DNA of 64,000 bases. Source: Ptychomitrium polyphyllum (taxonomy: Eukaryota). Under the pieces are notes generated by a model. It was given only the letters and a program-made list of their open reading frames with translations, was not told the origin of the DNA and made no database searches. The stretch lies in assembly GCA_973851085.1 (NCBI GenBank), contig OZ316775.1, forward strand, positions 12,524,001 to 12,588,000. Direction: 5' to 3'. Positions 1 to 13,700 of the stretch are shown here, piece by piece; the stretch's first letter is position 1; every line of letters begins with the position of its first letter. The translations under genes and the position numbers were made by a program.

Positions 1-1501
1 ATTTGGTGAATTCTGGTGGTTTTGTCCTCGGCGAACACTGAAAACGTAATACAGTGGGTAGTGATCCAGCTTTGGGATACAGTACTGGCAGAGACTGTAG
101 ACGGGACCACTCTATACCCGGGATATTTTAGATACTCCGGGGTCACTTCCGCGTAAAATCATCAGACTACGTTTTATGCATTGGGATACACTGGCAGTAT
201 CTTTTTGTACAAATTTCTGCCTGCACAGATTCTAAGCTACTTTTATCACATTTTGATTTATGGCTTCTTGTATAGATGTTCACGCTGGGCCTGAGGTTAT
301 AACTTTCCACATTTCATTAAGAAGGTTTCAGAGAAGACCTGGGTTTGAAGTCTTTAGCGACGAGTGACAAGAACATTAGGTTACAACCTAGGCTTTTTGC
401 CTAACTTCCAAAATTGTTGTAACTTTCCCACATTCTGTTCTTGCAGTCTAATTTAATACTTGCTAGCCTCGTATTACAGTGACTTCTTTAGGATCAGTAT
501 ATGTTGATTGTTCTCGATAGCCTTGGATTGTCTGGAACGGAACCAATTTAATTCTCAGAAGTGGCTCAACTTCCCTTTGACTGGTTTGAAAATGAGATTT
601 AATCGCTACAATAATGTTTCGAAGTTTTGGTCCTCTCAAGTGAGATAGATTGTACAGTAGTGTAGGAGTTACTGTAGCTTAAAGTTACAGCAATCAAGGG
701 CTCAAGGCCGCTGACTCGGTTGTAAATTTTTGTACAGGCATGTTTGTTGATACACGTAGACCGAAGTAATCACAAATACTATCTGAAATTGGACGTAGAC
801 CAATACTAAGGCATTTGCTTCTTTGGTGGAAGGAACGTACTATTACATTCGGATAGCTATAAATTTGTGATGACTTGTGATAACTTCAGCGGGCCATAAT
901 TTTTGGGGCGAAAAGCTCTAGGAGGGACCAAGAAAAGCCCAGAGGCTGGCTCATTTAAGAAGCGAACAACCTTTGTTGGCTCTCCCACAGAATTAGTCTT
1001 CCTACAGAAGGAGACCGTGAACTTTAAATCTTTCATAAAATTTGCTTGAGAATTCAATTGCAGAATACAAATACTTATTTATTTCTCAACCTTATTGAAA
1101 GCCTACCCTTATGCAGCGTAAGAATATGGGACAGATTCAATAATGATTATTAGGTTTTCAGATACACACTTAAAACACTCCCAAGAATTGAGAGCGTTAC
1201 ATTAAAGAGGTCCATACTTTCCCTCATACTCCAGAACTAGCTCAGAAACAAGCAAAGACGCTTCCACGGCCATAGCCAAGAACACAAACAATCGTGCAAG
1301 CTGGCAAGCATGCTGACAACATATTGTAATAATTTGAAAATTTATAGAGCACCACTTTATTCTTTCTCCACAGTAAAAGCTCTAGCATGAGCCGACATCG
1401 TGGAGTTTACTATATGAATTCGCAATATAGACAATGGTAATGAAGTTAGTCGTTGTGTAGAAATCTCAATGAAGGAATGCCGATGCCGATGAGGGTGGCC
1501 A

Positions 1502-1872
1502 CTAAGCTGGCCGTAATAACATCTGAAACTCGGGTAGGCTAATTCGTTCATCTCCTTCTGTATCAGCCTCTTCTAATATCGTCTCCATTGATCCCTTGAT
1601 TCCTGTTGCCTGCAGATTCAGCAGGCATTATGAGGGAAAATGAACACGTAAAATATTGAGAAATCAAAATTACATATACAAATGCCTGTATACTTACGAA
1701 TTGCAGCTCATCGGCAGTGATGTAACCGTCACAATCGACACAAAACATGGAAAAGGCGGCTTTGCTTCGGTGTTGCCATTCTACAATATCCATCTCCACG
1801 AATTTGGCAGACATGAAAAGCTGCTGGAACAATCACATGGAAGTCTAACACCCCACGCTTACTGATGTCCAT
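1502..1872 (-). pseudogene. Decayed 3' fragment (EF-hand region, two exons) of a calcium-dependent protein kinase, CPK16/18/28-like
   Basis: Minus strand reads MDISKRGVLDFHVIVPAAFHVCQ/[frameshift]FVEMDIVEWQHRSKAAFSMFCVDCDGYITADELQF (1872-1698). A GT-AG intron (1697-1610) follows, then ATGIKGSMETILEEADTEGDERISLPEFQMLLRPA* (1609-1502). This matches the CPK28-type C-terminus (W-Q-x-R-S-x-A-A-F...DGYIT.EEL...G.GS...LL.EAD.D.DG.IS..EF..LLR). There is a 1-nt frameshift, the upstream acceptor reads CAC instead of CAG, and I found no kinase exons. Confidence 0.8.
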
Positions 1873-2369
1873 GTGTCAATCAGAGTGTCGATCAGGTCAC
1901 AACGAGTACAAACTGAGCTCTTTGTAAACTCGAAAGCCTAGCCGCTTCTCGACAAACAAACCATGAGCTTGTGAACAACAATCCTTTCTGCACTGTATGT
2001 TGCCAAGCATTCTATTCAAGCTCAATGTTTGCGGTCTCTGCTCTTCGACTCGCAAGAACAGAAACTATGGCTATGGCAGCAGCTTCAGCCGGGTCCTCCT
2101 AGGGCCTCGTTGCAGCACCGCATTCTTCTCCTAGCAAGGTGGGCTGCATTGGTGTTTCTGCTTTTCTGGGGAAATCGTTGGTGTGGGTGCAGGGTGGTGG
2201 AGGAGCGGCTGGGGTACGGAGTGAGCGATGTGAGGTGCAAGCGTTAAAGAAACTGGCACGGGTAGTCGCTGAATGGGCGAACTAGCGCTCAGATGCGGCC
2301 AGGCGGTTCACAGACTCTGTTGCGTATCCCATCCTTTCCTGCTAGAGTGGGTCCCCACACCTAGTATAA

Positions 2370-2444
2370 TCTGGAATAGTTCATCTTGAATCATTCATCC
2401 TGGAATAGTTCGTCCTCGAATAGTTCATCTGGAACAGTTAATCC
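2370..2444. repeat. Degenerate ~15-bp tandem repeat (consensus TGGAATAGTTCATCC), about 5 copies
   Basis: ctggaatagttcatct / tgaatcattcatcc / tggaatagttcgtcc / tcgaatagttcatc / tggaacagttaatcc read directly in sequence. Confidence 0.7.
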
Positions 2445-3138
2445 AATTACTCTCCAAAGGCAAGGTTTTGGGCTTGAGAGTTCTCTAGCAAGCTGACGGC
2501 TATGGCGGACCATCTCTCAGCAGATTCAAGCTGATGAAATCGGTAGGGAGTCTCATTACCCAAGGTGTGTGAAGCTTCTATTCACACCTCGCTTCCATGC
2601 TCTATTTTAATTATTTTTCTATGTTATGTCAGGCAAGGGAGGATCGAAGCTTTGATTAATTTCAGAAGCGAAAATCAAGGCTCATGTTTCCGTTCTCCTG
2701 ATACAGAGTTCAGTGGCTTTTTGCAAAGATTGCACGTATTCTTCTAAATAACTAGACCATGTTGTGTTTGGTAGAAATCCGTGTAGAGTAGGCGTGCAAG
2801 GTGCATATTTTCCTATCTACGAGGCTGAAAATGGAAGATTGGTTGATTTAGGGCTTTGTTGTGTTGGACTCTAGGATAGCTCTGGAATTAATTTCCTTAG
2901 ATTAAGAATGTAGTTCACATGTAAGCAGCTGACTTTTCCTGAGAAACTGAGATGCATCATAGTGTGAGAACTTTACATGTGAAGCATTTCTGGCTTCTGT
3001 TGATTCATAACTACAATGCTGTGGGAGAACCGGAATATCCACCAAGTATACGTCTCAAGTTTCTCAAATGTGAGTGTTCAGGCGCAAATTAGCTCATGGT
3101 AGAGGCGGTAACGAGGCACCTCATGCGGAAGGTTCAAG

Positions 3139-6100
3139 ATGGGACAACGACGGGCTTTGTTACGTCTTTTCTTCTCCAGTCAAGGAAGATGGGAACGAGA
3201 TCTGAGGTTTGTGTCATCTAGTTTGAAGTGTTTCCTTGGGAGCTCCACGCCCCATGGAAGAAAGTTTTGGAGTGGGCGTCATCGTGCTCACATCCGCCCT
3301 CCGGCTGCTCCAAAGAAGCCGTTCTTGAAAGAAGCGCATGGCATCGAGTGGAATGATCCATATCACTGGATGTCCACTCCCGCAGGTAAAGCACATTTGA
3401 TCGAGCATCTTCATCGGGAGAATCGGTATGGGGATGCAGTGATGGCTGATACTCTGCCCCTGCAGCGGTGCTTGGTCGAGGAGATGGAAGGCAGGATGAG
3501 CACAGAGCTTGCTACTCCGCCAGAGCGCTGGGGAAGCTGGTAATGGTCTTTCCTGGTTCTGCAGTAATAAAACTGTACCCTTTCCAAAGATTTGAACGTT
3601 TTGTGGAAGTTGGACGTGTTTTTTTGCGTAAGCCTATGCTTAGATTGTTTCCAAGCTTCACAAAAAGTGTGCTTGAATTTATATGATTTTAAGTTCAGTT
3701 CAATTACTTTGTCAGGTGGTATTACAGCAAGGTTCCAGAAGGAGGAGAGTTTCCGATTTATTACCGGAGGCGAGCAGAAGGATCCGATGTAGAGGCTTTT
3801 ATGACCGCACATGAGGAGATTCTGCTTGACCAAAATGATATTGCTAGGCAGTTTGGTATGAACTGGTCTTCGCACTGTATCATTACCAATCTGTAACGAC
3901 TGGTAAAGCGTGCTCACAACAGCGTGAGAGTGTTTAAAAGTCTAAAATTTTAGCTATAAGCGTAGTAGTCCTTATCATTTGCTCTCGATGTTCATTCTTG
4001 CAGGAGTGATTTATGACAACAGTGCTTGTTGATATAGAGTTTACTGATAGATGATATGGAAACTGGGACGCAGGTTATGCGCATTTGGGGATGTGCAAGT
4101 TGTCAGCAGACCATAAGTTATTGGCTTACACGCTGGATAAAAATGGTTCTGAGGAGTTCACGCTATTTGTGAAGGATTTAAATACCGGGCAGGTGTTGGC
4201 TCAGCACACTACAGAAGGGGTCGTGAGTGTTGAATGGGCTCAGAGGGAGCCATCCCTATTCTACACCGTTATTGACAACTTGATGCGACCTTCCAAGTAC
4301 ACTTCAGTTGTGTTATTCCTAGCTGCCTTAATTTGGCTATGATGTTCTCACAAATGCATAGGTAGATATTCTATGTTGAATTATATGTGCGTCTTATATA
4401 CCGATTCGTCGCCTTCAGATGTTAGTTATTCCGCAAACGCATATCTGTGTTGCAATTCCCACGTTGCATCACCTTAGAAGTTATTGGTCCTAAACAAGAG
4501 TCTAATTTGTTGCTGATGTATGTACCTGTGTATTGGCCTCCTTTCTATGCAGTTCCAAGCTTTAGAAAGATGAATAGCCGTAAATAGCATATGGTCAAAT
4601 ATTAAGCACAATGAAATTGAGGAGATGGGGACATAATTGTTCATTTTTGTAATTTTTAGGTGAAGCAACATCGACATAGTTGGTTGCCCTTTTCTGCGTT
4701 GAACGGGAAAGACAAACGGGGTTAAGACTTGTTTTTTCGATCTGCCAAAACTTCTGGAATACGAAGTCGTACACTATTTCACGTTATCTTTGTTCACTCA
4801 AATTTGTAACGGATATTGATGTGACGTTTCAGGGTGTATTGTCGCAGCTTGTACTCCACCACTGAGAGCAAATTGGTGCTACAAGAGAATGATGCTAGTA
4901 GATTTGTGGATATTGCGAGAACCAAGGACTGGCGCTTTTTAACAATTAATATCAACTCAAAGACGTCATCAGAGGTCGGACGTGGCTTGGATTGTATTGA
5001 ATTTTTGTTGAGATTACATCTATGATTGTGGTCGTTGTAGCTAACAACCCTTTACTGCTCGATGTTTTGAATTTTTAGTGGTCATACTGCTTTATTAGTA
5101 GCAAACATTTTCTACAACTAGATATTACTTTCAGATATGAAGACAAACCATGCAGGTCTATCTGGTAGATGCAAGAAATCCTGGAGGAAGTGTACGCGTA
5201 GTGGAGCCTCGTAGGTCAGAAATTGAGTATTTCGTGGAGCACCATGATGGATGTCTCTACATTCTTACCAATTTAGGGCCTTCCCCCAATTATCGACTAG
5301 TGCGATGTCCTGTTCAAACACCTGCTTCAAAGCACTGGGAGGTAAACTCAACTGTATATCCTACTTCAATCTTTACGTGTCTTGTGGGTGTAGATTAGGA
5401 TACTCTGCACAATGTACATCATGTCTTTTTCGCTGGTGTTGACTCTTCACATTTTGATTCTTGTGCTCTTCAGTTAATGTGAGTGTCCCATGAATGCAGG
5501 AGGTTGTTGGGGTGGAGGAGAACATTGCCATAGTAGATATGGATGTGTTTCACAAACATCTAGTGCTCTACAAGCGACGAGCAGGCTTACCTTGTGTACA
5601 AATTTTAGATCTGCCTCTGAAAGCCAGGATTTTTGGCGTACGTTTCAGTGTCCTTTTTAGCAAATGCATGGGTTGGTGATTTTTCCTGCTTTCATAAGGC
5701 CACTAGAAGTACGTACACTTCTAACAGATCTTTTTACCAGATTAAATATGTGATAATTACATTAATGTGGTTGTTTCAAAATGCAGGAGGAAGGAAGAAA
5801 AGAACTTTTTCTTCCACAGCAGGTTTGCAATACTCTCCCAGGTGCTAATCAAGACTTCTTCTCATCATCTCTCCGACTCACCATTAACTCACCACTGGTT
5901 AGTTCTTTTCTGCTGTTATGCACTTCTGGATTTTACACCAGATTTACTCTCTGCACCATTTGAGCTGACAAATTTGCTGGATACTCTATCGTTTGTATTG
6001 ACAGAACTACCGGTACGTTGTGGTCATGTTCATCATTTCTCACGGCGAAATTTGATTTCAAGTCATTTCCACTTTATTGTTTAGAGGTCTTGATCGATCA

Positions 6101-7763
6101 ATTGACAACACGTAGCAAATTTTCCAATATAGAATTATTTCTTAAAGTGAACCTGACCCGAATGTAGGGTATCTTGTGCAGTGAGGGTCATTGTTACCCC
6201 CTTTTGGTTTGTGTCCTCACTGAATTTTAAATGTCTCTATCACCTGATGTGCAGATGCCCGAAGCAACATTCGACTATGATCTTGCTACTGGGAAAGCGA
6301 CTCTTTTGCAGCAGGATCAACCTGTGCTTCAGCCCTCCGGCCTGGGAAGAAGAGCGCTAAGTACGACTAATGAGTGGCATGATCTTTCCTCTCTATATGT
6401 GTGTAAACAGGTGATGGCAACGTCATCAGATGAGGTCCACGTTCCGCTTACTGTAATTCATTCCAGCAATCTTATAAAGGAGGGGACTGCTCCGGCACTC
6501 CTGCTTGGCTATGGAGCTTATGGTCAGATGCTTGAGGCGGAATGGTGCAGCGACCGATTGTCTCTTCTTGATCGAGGTTGGGTTTTGGCATTTGCTCATG
6601 TAAGGTGGGGCTCTGAGCATACAGTTTACACTTTATTCCGGATCTCACTTGCGTTCTGCTTCTTGTTCTCTGCTTTGACCAAGTTCTATTACGTTTATTC
6701 CTAGATATTTTCTAATTTGAAGCATTTGATTTCAGAGGCGGTGGAGAGCTGGGGAGGGTGTGGCACCATGCTGGAAGGCTGACCAAGAAGTGCAATTCTT
6801 TTCAAGATTTTATTGCTTGTGCCAATTACCTTGTGGAGCATGGTTATGCACATCCAAAAAAGTTGGCTACGTGGGGAACCAGTGCAGGAGGTCTGCTGGT
6901 CGGTGCCACCATCAATATGTTCCCTAACCTATTCCGTGCTGCTATACTCGAGGTACGTTTAGGAGATAAAAGGAGTTCCACATTTTGTGCATGTCTCGCT
7001 TAACTTGGATCTAATCAATCTGCACCCAATATGTTCAAACGATTACACCGAGGTCTTCGTGGGTATTTCTCATTGTCCTGTTCGAGTCTGGTTCTGCAGT
7101 ACTTACCCTCTATCATCAACAAAGATTTGTTCTTCAATAAAACGGGCCCTATAGAGCAAATTTGGTTATTATGTAGCATTTAACCTTCTGAATTACCCGG
7201 AAACGCTTGTTTTGAAGGTGCCTTTTGTGGATATTTGTAATACGATGCTGGATCCCTCCTTACCTTTGACAATAGCTGAGTATGATGAATGGGGCAATCC
7301 CGAGGATCTCACCTATTTCAATCATATCCGTGAATATTCACCTTATGACACAATTAGGGAGAAAGCCACCTATCCAGCATTGCTGGTTTCAGCCTCCTTG
7401 CATGATACTCGGTAAGGTTTTTGCACACATTTTATTTTTTATATCTTGAATTTTAAATGATCATAACCGCTGGCACTGAGCTTCTATTTCGCGAACCCCC
7501 AAAACGTGATTAATTGGCTCAGTGTTCAGTATGTCTTGTATTACTCAAGAACTCCATTTTGATTGCATTTGAGCAGGGTGGGGTATTGGGAAGCGGCAAA
7601 GTGGGTTGCCAAGATTCGGGATTTGGCACTTGTGGACGAGGATAGGACTGTAGTTTTAAAGACTAGCATGAGCACAGGCCACTTCGGTGAAAAAGGCCGG
7701 TACCAGCACTTGAGAACAACAGCGTTGCAATATGCCTTTTTGATGAAGATGTTGAATAATTGA
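3139..7763 (+). CDS. Prolyl oligopeptidase family S9A peptidase (oligopeptidase B / protease II-like), about 11 exons, probable organellar presequence
   Basis: Exon ORFs give PPAAPKKP...HGIEWNDPYHWM, a beta-propeller region, LLGYGAYG, RLSLLDRGWVLAFAHVRGGGELG, the catalytic Ser motif WGTSAGG, VPFVD, EYDEWGNP, YSPYD, HDTRVGYWEAAKWVAKIR and the catalytic His in STGHFG. Approximate exons: 3139-3538, 3716-3856, 4074-4296, 4833-4974, 5156-5341, 5500-5637, 5787-5897, 6255-6604, 6736-6952, 7218-7411, 7577-7763. The N-terminus is rich in Arg, Ser and Leu. Confidence 0.93.
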
Positions 7764-10700
7764 GTGTGTCACTCATTCTCTACCATATGGCTTTGTTCTA
7801 TGTTATCCTCAGCTGATAATCTATGTGCAAAGATTTTCTCATGGCTTTCATGAGAATCTCAACCCCATCCACTTACATTAGTGGTGGTGTCCAGAATAGG
7901 CAGCCTTTGGTTATCAAGCTGACCGACTCGATACTAATCTTTCAAATGATGGGTTCAAAAGCACCCGCTTTTTTTTAAGTCTAGGAGTTAAGAAAGATAT
8001 AAATTTCCTGGCACGTGCAAATTGTGGAAATAAATTCTTCATGCTGTATCAGGGCATGTTTACATGGAACCACCGACCTGACTTGCAAATTAGAAAGTTT
8101 TTTGAGTCATGTCTCATATGGTCTGGTTTTCCCAATGTGTGGTCCTACCTACTGACGTGCACCTGATGGCTACTGCAGTCAGATTCTTTTCTTGGCAATG
8201 CACCTTTATGAGCAGGAAGTTGCTTGCCTTGTGAATTCCCTGGCATTTGTGACACAGTGTGTCAATTGCTATCTGATCTGATGAGAAATTTGCGTATGCT
8301 CTGGATGGATACTCCTAAGGTTTGTCCCAAGTTCAGCCTCCATTGTCTGTAGCAGCTAAGATTTTGTCCTCAGAAAGGACTAGCATCAACTTGCAGGACA
8401 GGTTTTCTTATGCAGTTCTAGGTATGCTCAAGGTATGCTCAAACATAATTTGAAGTGATTCAACACTTTGCAAGTTGAGATGACCTTGATCTGTGTGAGC
8501 CTTGACAAAGACAGGCATGTTGGTTATAAAATGGCCACACAGGTGAGTTAGGAATTGCATCTGCAGGCATCATGATTCATGAGGTGTATCATCATCACCT
8601 TTTTCTTCTTGGTGGCGTCATGTCATCCTTAGTTCACTTCTATTATCAATGACCCTTGTGGGTTTGCTTATGCTTTGCAAAGTGTGGCATTTAGTGGCCG
8701 TGTTCTGCACAATTGTTACACAAAACCTAACTGTGCTCTTTCCTTTGTGTCTGGTTGGCCTCTTTGACATTTTAATTGTACATTTTAATTGTTTAGCTTG
8801 AGGTTTGGAAAGGGCATTGATATGCTAAGTTTTGATTTTCCACATACATTTGATCTTCTGAAGACCTGTAATCATGTACAATTATAGGATTCATTTGAAG
8901 TTGTCTTTCCAAATTGTGATTGTCATTGTTTTTACAAATTCTCAAATTGTGCTTTACAAATTGTCAAATTGTCTTTTCAAATTGTCAACTTATGATTTAC
9001 ATGCATACCATGGGTGAACATTACATTCTTAGAAAGTGAGAAATCAATAATAAATGATAGTGAAAGTATAAGTTCATTTTAGTGACTTAACACGCAAACT
9101 CTCTCAATCTATGCTGAAGAAAGGATTTAATAATGAAATTGTATCTTCACATGATGGAATTGTGCTGTGAGAAAATGTGTTCTGAGGCGTCCTTTGAGAA
9201 TGTTGTGAACTGTGGAAACATTCACACTCAAACTTTTGAGAAAAGGAGCACAGTACTGTACTCCACAGTATGTAGTGACTGAATGATTCAAAATTATGAG
9301 ATTCAACAATTTGTCGAAATTGCTGCACCACACTGATTTTGTCATTGCCTAGACTTGCAACTCCTGCATGTGGTCTCAAACCATTTGGATGCCCTTGCAC
9401 TGAGGGATGATAAATTTCCCAACCATTAAGCATACTTCCCAGGAATGTGGGCTTTAATTGTTAGTTGTTCACATTAAATGAATCATGTAATTAGTGTATT
9501 ACAATAAATGCACACACAACACAATATTTGAGTGAGTGCAGAAGGTTTTTGCAATACTCAAAGGTATTGAATCATGTCAGCCTCTGTTAAATCACTCCAC
9601 CATTTCATATCTCAACTTTCACATTAGAGGCAGGGAACACATCATCCTACATTGTCCATGGAAGGGCTGCTGCCAAAAAATTCTGGCATTATGCTTTTCC
9701 AAAGTTCACAATACTGATTATTTGTTATTTATATTTACTACTTCTATTAACCTCAGGGTGTAGAACCAAATTTTTTCTAGCCTTCTAACTTCACCTATAT
9801 CTGCAAAGATTCTATGGTTTCTAAAGTACTGCAGTAAATTCATCTGACAAGTGCAATATAGCACTTATGAAATCAATGAGGACTGATATGCAATCCATCA
9901 TACAGTATGTCTTTAGGGCCTGAAAAGCTGGGTACTATACCTCCATACAGATGCCTACTTCTCAAATCCTGCAAATTTTTCATTGCATAATTCATACTCA
10001 ACTAATGAATAACATCTGTAATGTAAAGATACACAATAAATTACATAAAACAGACCTGGAGATGTTTGCTTCAGATGAGGGTGACTTTCCAGGATTCAGA
10101 AGCAAAGGTGAGATAAGATTGGCTGACCTTAAACCACCACCTCTCCTTATCTTTGTTGTAGAGTTTTCCTACAGTCACCAATTGTAAATACCTAAAACCA
10201 CAAAAATTCATTCTTTGCAAACTAATGGCGTGCCAACATTGGGAGGAAGTAAGTTACTTTTTTGTGTGTTGTCAAGACTTGAATTATCTACTTTGGATAT
10301 TAGAAAACCAACATAAAGATGTTGGAAAGCAAAGTGTTTTCAACTTTAGAAGTTTGTAGTAAATCCAATACTCGAAATAAAATTGTTAAATAATTTACAG
10401 TTATTGTGAATATTTCTCTTTCTATTATTGTATTTTCAGGAATAGTTGTGCCAAAAATAGCTATAATTGCTTAAGTTAGTGGTTTAAGAGCAACCAACCA
10501 TGATGCAAGTTGCAATTGGAACCAGCAGATTTGTGTATGAATAAATCATGGTAATAAAGAGAAGACAACAGAGGACTGCATACTAAAAGCTGCGTGTAAT
10601 TACTTCATACACAGTAATAAGTCACACTGCACATTGCTGGGTTCTCAAGTTGAGCAAATGCAGTCATTCAACACGTAAGGTTACACAAGTAGCCATGCAA

Positions 10701-13700
10701 ATTTCAAAATGACAACCACTTTTTCTTTTCTGTACCAGGGCACAGTGCCAAAGGATTTGAAATTGATTCCCAGCTTAGCTTTGCATAAACAAACAAAACT
10801 ATGCTCCCACACCTACCTTCTCCACATGTTCATTTCTTGCAAGATTGCACATTACTCTTAAAACCACAGGAAAATTGCCAAGAGCACTGGACAGGACCTG
10901 CCACTTCCATGAAATATCTCTGGATGAAAATCACAGATTTGGGACTCAAATGAATCCACCCTATGCACATTTGAATGCACACATGTATGCACACTCATAG
11001 AGCATATATTCTACAGCCATACCCTTTGGGCATTGAGTTAAAGTTATTGCATGATCACTACTATCAAGCCTACTGGCCAGAAAGAATGATTCTGCTCAGG
11101 TCTCAGGTTCACAGCCTGCTGAATATTGAGTAGGTTCCTTCTAACTATCGGTCTATATTCATTGAATGTGCCAAGTTCATGATAAGGGAAGATTTCATCC
11201 AACAACATCATGAGAGGCCAATAACACAAAAAATGTTTTGCTTATGTACATTTCAAAAAATAATGTAGTATGATAATAAGGAATGGAGTTTGGAGATTAA
11301 TACTTGAAAGGTGAACATAGGTTCCATAGTGTATATTTAAATCTCTTTAATTTGTTGTTAAGACCAAGAGTCTGGGATTTATTGTTTTTCAGACAACAAT
11401 TTGATAATATTGGAAAAAGAATTTTATTAATTTCTCTTTTCTACGCATTATCCATGAGAAAAACAAGTACGTTCTTGCACTTTTGTATGTAAATTGTTTC
11501 TGTTTTGAAAGGTTGACCTTGCTTATCAGCATGTACAATAAATTGACTTGAGTTTCTTTGTCCCACATTCCAATTTGGCTAACATGATTACATAATATCT
11601 CACATCAGTGCAAAAGAATCCATGCAACATTTGAGAGTACCTATTGGTCTTTTGCTTTAGAGTCTTGGGTGATCATTTGACATTCCCAGTGTTAAAATCA
11701 CAATTATACACACAGAACCTGCTTCTCTTCCAGCAGAAGACCTCACTTGACTGTATGAGATATGGTTGTGTACAGATTTCAATTCCTGATTTTAGGCTTG
11801 GTGAGCAATGCTAATGGATTAAGATTGGATGTAGATGGGATTACAAAGTGGCGGTACTGGGAAGTTAAGAAGGAATATTTACATTATTTTATAAAGAAAA
11901 TCTATATAATTGATATAGACTTGGGCGTAGTGTTTATTGGATAGAATTTGGATGAGTATACATTTTTTATTTAGATGGTTAATAGACTACTTTATTGGTG
12001 ATTTTTAACCTTTTGCAAGAACGCCCTTAAAAAGATACATGACTAATTTAAATTCTACCAAAAATATTTGTTTTCAACTACATTGGTCTATAAAACCTCA
12101 TTTTCTATTCACCAAAAATTGTCAAAAATTTATACAATTTAGAAAAAAAAGGGGAATTCCTTACTGTGGTGGTACTGGGCTCTTCCACCTTTACTTCCGA
12201 TCTAAAGCCTTTGCCCTCCATGTATAAGTTAATACAAGTCTACAGTATTTCTTCATCTTTGAGGATTCTGTATTGCACCAGATACCTGAAAGTCTGCAAA
12301 ATAAGGTACACAGTCAACTGTATCAAGCCACACAAAAATTTTAGTCCAAGCTAAACCAGCTTTTGAGCATGTTGGCAAGGTGCATGATAGAACTGGGAGC
12401 ATTTCACGTAACCTCCATCGGACAAGTGTGAATGTAGGATTGTGATTTATAGTGTGGGCCTCTATTTTTGAAACAACAATGTACATGCCAAAGAACTTAC
12501 TCATCACACCAATGGGATGGCACAACAAATTCCAGAGGGGTAGGTTGGGTTGTTGTCTTTTTCCATTTCCACCAACCTGAAGGAAATGAAGTCATTTGTG
12601 CATCATATCCCAAAGAAAGAGGTTGATATGTTGACACTTTGTTCACAATTTTGACATTGTTTGGGCTCAGTCAACCATGCTTTAGACAATTCCACACTCC
12701 ATGCAATTGAACAAGCACTGGGGAGCATTACATGCAAAGCTGAGTTCAACAAATCCTGGATTCTATATTCACACAACATTGAGTTCATGAGTCACAAAAT
12801 ATCAAGCTTGGTGGAGGATTGACTTAGAAATCTAGCATCTCAATGCATTTCATTGCTTGACATGTAGCTACACATGGGTTCAGACTCATCATGAAACCCT
12901 GCATGTATGCCAGATTTAACAGCTCACACACGTATACTAATTCAATTACTCAATGTAAGTACAAGCAAATCTGCATTGGGTCAACCTCCTTGTATGTTTG
13001 TGATGAGTTAACATTCTTAAAATCTTGTTATAGAAGTTGTTTTGATATTTCTCATTTCATTTTCAGAAGATGACCTAGATTTTGCTGAAGAATGCAGATA
13101 CTTTGTAGATTCGAGCGTCTTTGTAGATATGCTAACCTTATATGATGTTTAGAACTTGGAAAAGTAGAACATTATTAATCATGGTGCAAGTTCATTTAGT
13201 TGAAGAATGTTTGTAGATTGATTAGTGGTCCTATTCAACACCCAAAATTTCATGTTTTATCCATAATCCACAAAATTAATATGTCATCTAAAGAATATAA
13301 GTGGAATGTGTTTGTCAACTTAATTAGCTTGTAATCTTTTAGCCAAAAAGTTTTGGTTCAATATCAAATAATGCCTTAAGCATGTCTATTTTCAAACTTT
13401 AATTGATTCAAATCAATATAAGATTCTGAACTACAATTTCTTGAATCAATGCTTCCAAATATAGATGCATTTAATGATGAATGTGTGACTTGTTTTTCTT
13501 AGAGTTGGAAGATTGTTGTTAAATACATGTAATATTGCCTGTTGTTAGTGAGGCCTAGAGGATCTATGAATTGCTGAATAAGAATATTATGTATAAGTGG
13601 ACTACATTTAATCACTAAGGTTGCTATTTTTGAATGAGCCATATATATTGATTAATCTAATGGTTCCAATTGTGTACATATTTATATACTTGTATAAAGA

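Noticed and set aside
1990..2250. GC-rich segment as the possible 5' part of the CDPK pseudogene
   Set aside because: No kinase or myristoylation motif in any frame; origin unresolved.
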